NCBI GenBank assembly: GCA_040954595.2 | Contig: CM082576.2 | Span: 20,259,028 to 20,323,027, forward strand | Source of the DNA: Balanoglossus misakiensis | Lineage: Eukaryota > Animalia > Hemichordata | DNA length: 64,000 bases | Direction: 5' to 3' | Shown: in pieces, positions 53,711 to 64,000 of the stretch | How the letters are laid out: every line of letters begins with the position of its first letter | How positions within the stretch are numbered: position 1 is the first letter of the stretch | Position numbers and translations under genes: made by a program | The notes under the pieces: model-generated | What the model was told of the DNA's origin: nothing | Seen by the model: only the letters and a program-made list of their open reading frames with translations | Databases searched by the model: none

Positions 53711-54667
53711 TTTTTTTCTCATATTACATTTGTCTTTCAATTGTCATTGATTTTAAGAATATTACTGCTCCAATTTCAACGTGACTGGTGTGATCATCCT
53801 CTTTGCCGTAATTTGCATTTGAACATCATGAAGTTAATCCAAACTGAAAAGCAGATGCCTACCATGTCGTTTTTAATCTTCCCTACCTTAAATAGGTTTT
53901 AAGCTACCTAAGTGAGTGATGAAAATCTCATAATATGGTCGACACAATTTCAAGATGGCCGATTTTTGCCATGTTTAAGAAATGGGAGTTCATGAGCTAA
54001 AGTGATATTGAGTCTTTCTGAATCTTTGTAACAGAAAAAATAACAAAATGTGAAAAAAGTTTAATGAGTTTGATATGTTTAGTACAAAGACAGACATGTT
54101 TGACCAAAGAAAGTCATAACATACAGTAAACATATCATTTATTCTATCTCTTACTACAGTGAGTTGTCGACTTTTTACCCAGAATGCAATTATTATAATG
54201 TGATTTGACCCCCTAGCACAAAGTGAACACCTATTAAAGGCAGCCAGAATTCTGCACCATCTGCCAATTATGCAATATTTAAGCTGTCAAGTAAAACAAT
54301 AAAGTACATCGTATAAAAAATTTTACTTCCCTGCTCAAAGCTCGGCTGCTATAATGTACATCTATTTCTGTAATCTTCAACTTTTTCCCACAAGTCCTGT
54401 CGGCTAGATCACATGGAAAGTTCCTCCTGCAATTTAAGAAAGTTGAAAACAATTTTGAGCACAAAATCAAAACTTTCAAAAAATATAGAAATCATGGGTA
54501 AGAGGAACTCATATGTTTTCATCTTCAAATTTGTATAAAGTTGTTTATAAAACTGTTGCCAGTTCTCATCCACATATAAAAATGAGATAACTACAGAGCC
54601 TTATATTATAATCCTAAATTTTAAAATTTAGGAGAACATTTACTATAGTTCTAAGCAGGAAAGTTAA

Positions 54668-55012
54668 AGGACAAAGTCTCTCTTTGCTACCCTTTTCCCA
54701 ATAATTATGTTTGATACAAGACACCGTTTATGTTAATGTATATGTGGATATATAGTGAACCAACGTTCAACCACACACAACTTCCATCCCGCTTGTAGAC
54801 ATGAGAGTGAAAAACTCGCCAAAATGAATAATCAGTGTCTACCATTTATTCATTTTGGGTGAGCTTTCACTCTCATATCATACAAGTGGTATGGAATTTG
54901 TGTGTTGTTGAATGTACATTCACTACATATACAAATGTTCATTAACATAAACAGTGTGTTGTATCAAACCTAATTAATGGGAAAAGGGCAGGGAGAGAGA
55001 GACTTTGTCCGT
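54668..55012. mobile_element. Kolobok-like palindromic MITE, second copy
   Basis: Homologous along its length to 7098-7443, with TTAA flanks. Confidence 0.87.
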
Positions 55013-57808
55013 TTAACTTCCTAGGCTGAGAATGCTGAAATACTTGAATAGACGCAGACATGGTCAATTGTCAATAGTCTCCTCAGTAAAAGCCCAGAAA
55101 ATGTTACCACAGGCAGTTCAACATTAAGATGATACAGTTGGTGTTTGAATCAAGGGTGCTATTCTTTTGAACTTTATGCAAATGTGCAATTCAGATCATT
55201 GACTCAGAACAGCAGCTCACATTGTAAAATATTGGAAAATGCTTCACAAATCATCATTGATAATCATGATCACACCGAAAAAAAGATTAGATAGCACAAT
55301 TTTATTCCTACACTTTACATGGGGTGTAATTGCAGTGCAGTGTACAGACTAAAACTGCAATGGAATTCTCTGCAATTCTTACTCTCAATCTTGCCTTACT
55401 TTATGAATATTTGTATACTAGTATGATTGTCATAATGGCAACAGAAAAAATGTCCCTCTCATTATCAAAAGGCCCTTAAAGTGGAGACCACCGGCAAAAA
55501 TGAACTCAAATCTCTGATCCTAGATTCACCACAGCACAAACACACATTGTGTCCGCTGTGGAAAAATCATATTGACAGGCTAAAAATATTGTGTATGGAG
55601 ACATTTACATAACCAAAACAAAAAAGTCCCACTATTTATACAAAGTATGTTTTCAGTGACCAGATGTGTTTGCCAACCTTTATATGCCAAGGTTCAGAAG
55701 CGCAGTTTCTGAGATCTAGGTGAACAAAAAATTAAAATGACTCAAGAAAAAAGAAAAAAAAACTCCAGTAATTACAGTAGGGACCCAAGCGCCTAATTAA
55801 GACCCAATACACCAAAAATTGCCCTAAGAACACAAATTTCACCAACACTTTTCATTACCTACTTGAGTTCCCACATGATAATTCCTACAAAATGTCACAG
55901 CAATATTGCTTCAAAAGTGGTAAAAACACAAGAATGCAAATATCACCAGAATTGTACAATGTCTTACTTCAATCACCATAAGGAATGTGCCTACAAAAAT
56001 TCAAAGCAATCTGACAAACGGTTTCATAGAAAACAATTTTTTTGCGCAAAATCCCCCAAAATTGCCCCAAGAACACGAATATGGAAATTTCACCAACAAG
56101 GTATGTACGACAGCTTACTTGGGTTATCCCTAGGAACATGCCTACCAAAATCCTAATGATTCTGGACAAGAGGTTTCAGAGAAATGATTTTTTACAAAAA
56201 ATCATCAAAATTACCCAAAAATTACAAATATGCAAATTATGCAACAAACTGGAAAAAATGACTTAGATTACCTATTGGAAGCTTCATAATAAATTTTAAA
56301 GCAATCAACCCATGATTGTTTACAGTCTATAATTTAAAAAAAAGACTAAAATCTTCATAAAAATAGAAAATTCATGATATTAACTAAAATTTTGAGGACT
56401 GTATGAGGTTCAGTGGTTGACATAAGGTACATTCATACCAATTTTCAAAGCAATTTGCCCAATAGTTGTTGAGTTTCGGAGTTTTGACCAATTTCACATG
56501 TTCAAGCTAATTTGCATATTTTTGAGAATGACAACTTCGTTTATATCAAGGTGATATGCCAAGTGGTTTCCAAGTTTTTTTATTTGGATTGACATACATA
56601 CCATGGGACCTAAACACAACGTTTCAGTCAACTTTATGAGCGTTGCTACTCTAGTGAAATTCAAGTTGTAATTGCTCGGATAGAAATTTGTCTAGTCATG
56701 CTTTATATGGATAGTTTTGGTTTGCTATGGAACTACTGACTATTTAGCTTGTTGTATGAATACGACTATGAGTAAACATTCATACAAACTCGTTATTATG
56801 ATATAAAAAGCCTTAAAATGCATCTGAAACCCAATTTTTCGCTTACTATGAATATGTGTAATAAAATTGAATCCTTCATCAATGCTGGCCGGGGTCACAA
56901 ATTATGTCACGGCATGTTTTTTCGTAAACACGATATTAAATTTAATTAAATAGGACCTAATGTACTCACTGAAACGTTCAAGTCGACCAACGATATTCCA
57001 TGCACACTGTGTAACATCTTCAGAGGGACTCCAGCATAACATTTGGATTCAAACGCGCACACTAATCATAATATACTATTCTTCGCGTTCAGTGACGGCA
57101 TCCATCCCGAATATTCTCGTCAGAGAGATAAAGTCCGCCATGACACCTTGTGACGCAATCGTGTAAAATTCCATTACGTTGGACAACTTCCACTGCCTGC
57201 GCTAGAAATACACAAGAAACTTGAACTGTTCATGATAAAACTTGCACCTGGACCTCTGGCGAATACTTGGAACCAGTATTTCAGGAATAATATTCCATTT
57301 TGAGGGCTTCGCGATCCATTCAATCCGAGCGATGGAAGTCAGAGATTCAAATCGCCCCGCCATGACACCACGACTATACAGCGCCCCCAAGGCCATGTTT
57401 TGTTTTTTTGTCAGCTGGCTCCAAGTACGAGTGTTCATTGCAAGCCGTGTAATATATAAGGCCAGATGGCCCAGACTGCTATGAAAGTTTCCCCGGGCAG
57501 TGTATCTAATACAGCGGATGTTATATAGCGATTCCCTTTCGCTACAGTCACGGTGACGAGCAAAGCCATCCTTTCCTTTTAGCCTATAGCGCAGTCAGCG
57601 TGGGAATGGGCGGGGGAACAGACCAGTACTGGAAAGTAAAACTGTAAAAGTAAAACGTCTTTTCATATTTTAATAGACGAACTCTGCAAAAGTTTCATTC
57701 CCAAACATGAATTTTGAGATATTTAAAACTTGTATTTGATAGCAATTTAGGCCTACACTGGCCTACAGAATCAACATTTTTTCACACCGAGTAGGCTCGG
57801 ATGCGTAA

Positions 57809-58436
57809 GGGAGCATTCGTTTTTTACAGGGAGGGGGGGGCGGTGGAAATCAGGGGGGGGGGGGTTACTTTTACAAAGCAGTTTTTAGGGGGGGACAAAT
57901 TTTATAATCAAGGGATTATTATATAGGGACTGAAAGGGGGGGACTTGACTGAAACTTTGACGGCTAAATATTTATTTTGAGTCCACAAAAATGCAGTTTC
58001 ACGCCCTTTATTTTACAAAATTTTCTAATGTGGGAGGGGGACACCCCCTCCCAAACCCACCCCTTCAATTCTCGGTTAACAATGTCTCCCAAAACAGAAT
58101 ACAAATACTTAAAAAATAAAAACTGTTCAGTTTTGATGATGAGGGGAAACATCGGTTTCAAATTCTTTTCATGGGAGCGCTGTTTTTCTTTTTTACAAGA
58201 TATAGAGGTGATGTGTTTTGCTCTGTGAAAGAAAATGGGGAGGGGGATTTCAAGTTTAATCCGGAGGATAAACTCTTTTTTTTTGGGGGGGGGGTCACAT
58301 TTTACAATTGAAGAATTTAGGGGGGGGGGACACATTTTAGAAAAGTAATTTCGAAGGGGGGTTGTCTTTTACATTTAGTCGGCGACTCAAATTCCACCGC
58401 CCCCCCCCCCCCTCCCTGTAAAAAACGAATGCTCCC
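57809..58436. mobile_element. Short Harbinger-like GGGAGC-TIR element (deletion derivative of the 37736-39409 composite)
   Basis: Same TIRs and TAA TSD. Interior matches the nested GGCTGC MITE but lacks that MITE's TIRs. Confidence 0.87.
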
Positions 58437-60811
58437 TAACATTATGTACCGATCATGCCGATTTTGGAGAGAAAATTGTCCCCAAATGGCAAATATTTCC
58501 CTCAGCCCATAATTGGTGGGATAAATTCGTAGAGTCTGGTCGGAATGTCGGTTGATGCAGAGACGGAAACACGAGTAGAGTAGATTTAAACGCCAATGAT
58601 AGGCCTATGACTTTATTTCAACCAGATATGAACTGAATATGCTCACGTGCAGTACTGTGATTGGTTGACAGAATAACAAGATTAGAAAAACGAGTGTTAA
58701 ACCATTTTGGTTTATAGTGTATATGGTGTAAGGGTTGTGTGTTGCACCATTGTGAAATGTAAACATGTTTGTGGAATTGTTGCCTTGTCAATTTTTGTAA
58801 GGGGTTAGGGACGATGTCAAATAACAAAAAATATGTTTAGCTTGAAACCCCTGCACTCCCCCTTGTAACCTAATTGTTGAATACTGATCAGTGCCTCTTA
58901 TTATTTCATTATTGTGACCACTCCATATTTAAACCATAACCAGGATAGAAAAGTACACTATCACACATATTGATATTTCGACAATATTTGAATGAAAACA
59001 TTTCTTTTCAATTCTGAGTTTACATCAGGTCTTGATTTCTGTTCATGCCTAAGAACCTCTTTAACAAGTTTCAATAAGGAAGACATTTTGGCAAACAACA
59101 GGAAATTCAGACAAATCTGACTGGTATCACATATATGAATTCCCATTCAAAGTTTTCAATCAATTGGACTTGTGGTTTTACTGAAGACAATTTGGCCAAA
59201 CCCTGCAGAAATTCCCCCAAAAATACAATTATGCAAATTTCATTACAATTTGATCATATCTGACTGAGATCACCCCTAGAAACCCAAATACAAAGTATCA
59301 AAACAATTCCACTTACAGTTTCACAGGATTTGATTTTTTGACAAAAACAGGAAATATTGCCCCAAAATGCATTTTTGCAAATTTCACCACCGTTTGCACA
59401 AAAGTGATTCACGTAAGCCCTATGAACCTCCATACCAAGTTTCAAATCAATTGGACATGTAATTTCAGAGAAGAAATTTTTTTAACAAAACTGCAGAAAA
59501 TTCCCCCAAAAATCATAAAAAATAGCAAACGCCAGATACTGACTCCACCTGAACAAAATCATACGAGGTCTTCCCAAAGTACTTGCACACCAATGCACGC
59601 CAATTTTTAACTGAATCTGATCCGCTGTTATTAAGTTTTTCAATTTTGACTATTTGAACATTTTTCCAGTTAATACCAGTATGCATTTTTTCGCAATAAC
59701 AATTTCTATGTACACACTAAATATCAGTAGTTTCAAGTTTTTGATGTTGATGGACATACACATACATACATCAATACATTTAGACGAAACTGATCCATTC
59801 ACAAAATACATAATTCTGTATGAGGCACACATACAGACATACATAGACGACGGACACCAGCTTATGCTATAAGCTGACATTGATATACATGTTAGCCAAA
59901 AACCAAAATCAACCTCAAAATAGACATTAAAATATATTGCACCACCATGAGAAGACAAATTCATTCTTCGACAAATTTTCTGGGGCGTCATTGATATAGC
60001 ATGGCATATTGTCAAAGTACGTAGTCTCTGTGATAAGATTCCATACACACAAAATGGTAACCTTGGAAGTCCAGCTGACGTAGTTATGCAATGGCGTCTC
60101 GTGTATTCCGTCGCCAAAAAATCATCGTAAAATTGATAATCGGGGTCACAATTCAAGACGACTTTCTCTAAATTCTTTATGAATGGATTAAATCGAAATC
60201 GAAATGTTGACGTATGACGTACGAAATGAGATCTGAACAGACATTCAATGTTATCATTCTCGCTCGATCACATATTGGGTAGGCCATCTAGCAATCGCTA
60301 TATAGTATTGGCGATAACAGACTGTCTATAAATTCACAAAACGGATTTTACTGTTGAGTGTGATCAACCGCCACGTTATTTTTCTCTGAACAATAGACAA
60401 ATAGAAAGCCTGGTGACATTTTGAGATTGACTGCGTGAGGACCACAATATGCGTGAATCATTTACGGTTTGTCTTGATGAATGGGTCACGTCATAGTCAT
60501 AACGCGGATTCGGCTGCACGCCAACTATCCGCCATATTGTCTCCACTAACTTACTCGTAAGTAGTTTCAAACTTCATTTGAAAAGAGTATTCGTCTGACG
60601 GTCCTGTAGATTAACAATTTACGCTCTATGAAGCAACTAAACAACGTTAGCTTCCTTGTGGATTCACGTAGGGAAGTTATTCGTAACGACGGGTACAGCG
60701 TCTGAGCATGGACAGAACCACGGCAATATCGCCAGGAATGTCTCATTTCACAGCGCCCTCAAACAGTCGATCTCCTCAAACTATCGTTTCCACTGGTCAT
60801 ATATGCAGCAT

Positions 60812-60990
60812 TAACGAAAGCTCACATAGACAACCATGTAATAGAAAAATGAAAACTTAAATAACTTCATTAATATCAAAGCCACACCCACCAAAACCTT
60901 TTCAGTTCTTGCCATATGATATCTAAACCTGTGTACTAAATTTGGTGGAAATCGGTTCAGCGGTTCTTGAGATATCGGGTATACAGACAG

Positions 60991-61023
<33 letters not shown>

Positions 61024-61082
61024 TACACACACACAGACATCGCTAAACCATAAGCTCACGTGATTTTCACGTGAGCTAAAAA
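60812..61082 (-). mobile_element. Helentron/HINE-like non-autonomous element
   Basis: Terminal hairpin agctcacgtgattttcacgtgagct next to a T-run on the minus strand, (CA)n/(CAGA) microsatellite, aaatttggtggaaatcgg core and a repeated subterminal aagctcac motif. Confidence 0.6.
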
Positions 61083-61741
61083 GGATCAACCGTGGATATA
61101 CTGGACAAGGCCTGTAGTCCAGGCTGGACCCCACTCTGGAACGAACTCCTTTAGTGTAGAACAGGGTGTAGAATGAACTGAAATGTGTTGGAACCCCCTG
61201 ACTTTAGGAGCTGAAATCCACTCCTTTGTATATGCTGTAAAAGACAATAAATTTTCGCGAAATACGCGCGAGCCAAAATAGCGTGAAAATAAAAAGTCGC
61301 GTAATTTTTTTGAAGATGACGATGCAGTGAATGAAATAAGAGAACGCGAATATTAAAACTCGGGAATTAAAACAGTGGCCTCTTACGATATCGCGAAAAT
61401 TTCAACTTGCGAAAATAAAGTGTTTAGGCCTAACAGTAGTCATGGTAGCCTGAGGTTCTCCCATCCCATTTCCTGTTAGATTCTGCAATAATTCGGCATA
61501 TCAACTCAACTCTAATGTACCAATTTACACAAAGCGTTACATAACAGAGTCAGTTTGTTGATTTTTTTATTTCTTTTCGTTAAAATTCAGCAATTGCACG
61601 TTATTAGTTACCATTACTTCATGAAATCTAGAATGGTGCAACCTTTATTATCGACCTATTTCGCTCTCATCTGTGTTTTCAAAGATCTTTGAAATTGTCT
61701 CTTGTTTACTCAAGTTTCTTGTATACCTCAGATAACAAGTT

Positions 61742-61843
61742 TGGTTACCCAGACCCCTCTGCTTCTTCCGCTGCGCTCCCGAAAAGAGTGCAGCGGAAGA
61801 AGCAGACCCACCCGCTTCTTCCGTTGGACACTCCAGAAAGAGG
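61742..61843 (+). mobile_element. Fragment of a longer relative of the 36506 Academ-like TIR with internal hairpin
   Basis: ggttacccaga.ccctctgcttcttccg...cactccagaaagaggg is shared with 36513-36561. Confidence 0.7.
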
Positions 61844-62945
61844 GATTGTCCCGCAGAATATACCCCACGAGGACGCTGTTGCTGACCTTCGACCCGTAGA
61901 CTTTGACCCCTTACAGCGTCTTCGTTGTAAACACATTTGAGATGCAGGCTAGCGAATCTGCCAGTTCGTTTTAATGGCACATTTTTTCTGTCGTCAACTC
62001 CAATGTCGCCTTTTCTATGGACGTTACTTGGCCAGTGTTCGTTACACATCCAGGACAGTGTCAATATTTCTGTGAAAGAATAGCGGAAAACATGCGAAGC
62101 CAAGGAGCGAGCAACCAGCTGTTTTCTGCAAGTCATGCCCCCACACTGTCCACCATCATTATTCCTATATACATATTTGGCGCAGTGAGTATTGAAACAT
62201 TACAGTATTTAGTGTGTTTTAAGATATCACAGATAGTTTTCACGACTTAATGTGTGGGTAGAATCACATTCGTCGAAATAACGCTGCTGCAGTCCCCTGA
62301 TTCAGTCCGTAAACAAGGTAAGCTTGAGACATAGACGATCGACAATCAGTTTCCGCTGTTGATTTCGCCCTATCGCAACTCAGTAACTGGGGCCGAGTGA
62401 TGCTCCATACATTAAAGTTCATGACTACTGACACCAATTGCAAATTTGCAAATTTGCAAAAGGCGTGCTTTCAGAGAATATTCAACCAGAAAACCGACAA
62501 CAATTGATGACCTCATGTGACCTTTACTGGTTGAATCAGGCGACCACTGCAGTGTGATTCCAACGTTTATGGGAAGACCACGGCGTTTTCTAGGCGTTTT
62601 CTTCCGTGCTAGAAAACGGCGATCGGTGCACGAGTTTTGGTCTACAGACAGAATTTTCTAGTCACTACGCAGTTGGGATAATCGCCAGCATTGCCTATGG
62701 CAATGCTTGTGAGCTGTGGTACTATGGTGTGGAGGCATCGCCGGTATCGGTAAAGGCCTAGTTACACCATAAGGAGCTGTTAACATTAAGCACTAAAGTC
62801 CCTCTTTCTTGAGGAACTTTGCATTAACGCTGTTCTGATATACTTTTTTCTACAATTAACATTACTTGCTGAACAATCTCTGTACTTGTTTATGTTTCTG
62901 TGTTACCCCACACCATAGACGTAAACAGAGATACATAGACAGTAG

Positions 62946-63648
62946 GGCTGCATTCACAAACACCTCTGCAGGGGGGGGGGAGAATTGAGGGGGGGATTTG
63001 AAAAAAATTGAGGGTATGTAAGGGGGGAATTTGAAATAATTTAGGGACTGAAAGGGGCGACTTGAAAACTTTGACGACTAAATATTTATTTTGAGTCCAC
63101 AAAAATACAGTTTTGCGCCCTTTATTTTACAAAATTTTCTAATACCCACCCCCTCCATTCATCAACACCTTTCAATCATTGACTGGTTTATCTAGTGTCC
63201 CAGGTCAGGGGTCTTGCCCCCACCCAATGATAACTTTGAGCGGCGACAGTTAAATTTGTCCTCCCCAACATACCGGTAGTTGAGTTAATTTGCTTTTGCC
63301 AGGTTCATTAAAATGCAGCTTTGAGCTCTGTATTTTATAAAATCCCCTTCAATTCTCGGTTTTTCAATGTCTCCCAGCACAGAATACAAATACTTAAAAA
63401 ATAAAAACAATGTTCAGTTTTAATACCCACTGATGAGGGGAAACATCAGTTTCAAATTCTTTTCATGGGAGCGCTGTTTTTCTTTTTTACAAGATAGATA
63501 GGTGATGTGTTTGGACACAATGGGGGAATTTCAAATTTTTGGCAGTTCGGAAGGGGGGATTTGAAAATATTTCTGGTTGTGTACGGTGGGCATGTGAAAT
63601 TTAGCGGTAAAAAAATTGAATTCTCTTGCCCCACCCCCCCTCCAGAGG
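62946..63648. mobile_element. Third GGCTGC-TIR MITE copy, right TIR truncated
   Basis: Colinear with 38356-39111. Ends at ccctccagagg. Confidence 0.85.
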
Positions 63649-64000
63649 TAAATCTAGAATGCAAGCTATCAAATTTCCAATAAATATGGTTATGTAGAGA
63701 GAGACTTTGTCCTTTTAATTCAAATTTATTTACACAAAACTTGAGTTTACAAGGAAATATTAAGGAATACTTTATTTGTCGTTTCCCAGGGTCTGGCCCT
63801 ACAGCTATTTCTTAGTTCGGGAAATAACAAATTAACACAATTTTCGTATGTTCAGATGTCAAAATTTATTCAATCTAGGTGAACTGGCAACGCGGGGCAA
63901 CAGCTAGCTCTGCGTACAGGTCTGTGTGTTCCCGGCGTTACACGGCCTCCACGTACGCAGAGCTGGGCTATACCATAGCAAGGCTGGCGATTACACCAAC

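Noticed and set aside
55780-59900. AT-rich segments (55.8-56.6 kb, 59.1-59.9 kb) resembling an old interspersed repeat
   Set aside because: Too diverged to set boundaries or a class by eye.
59650-62250. ORFs 59650-60156 (168 aa) and 61648-62136 (162 aa)
   Set aside because: No recognisable motifs, and both overlap repeat fragments.

Overview
Repeat-dense eukaryotic (animal, probably marine invertebrate; inferred from repeat content only) genomic window with no intact multi-exon host gene visible. 1-24.9 kb is a ~1.7-2 kb macrosatellite with an internal 81-bp array. Two unrelated BEL/Pao LTR retrotransposons interrupt it. BEL-1 (minus strand, 1246-10653) has two ~387-bp LTRs, a 5-bp TSD ACCAG, a nested DNA transposon plus MITE in gag, and a deleted integrase core. 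BEL-2 (plus strand, 11982-19474) has a MITE in integrase and has lost its 3' LTR. 26-39 kb holds two back-to-back giant inverted repeats (3.4-kb and 2.1-kb arms) joined at a 5-bp microhomology, with a shared Crypton-like repeat end at both inner breakpoints. 39-64 kb is MITEs, minisatellites and microsatellites. Highlights: an 11-nt Tf1-like self-priming signature in BEL-1, the double-palindrome architecture, and an isolated ELAC2/RNase Z-like exon at 25354-25421. All coordinates were read by eye and no database search was run, so superfamily names are inferred from TIR/TSD rules.
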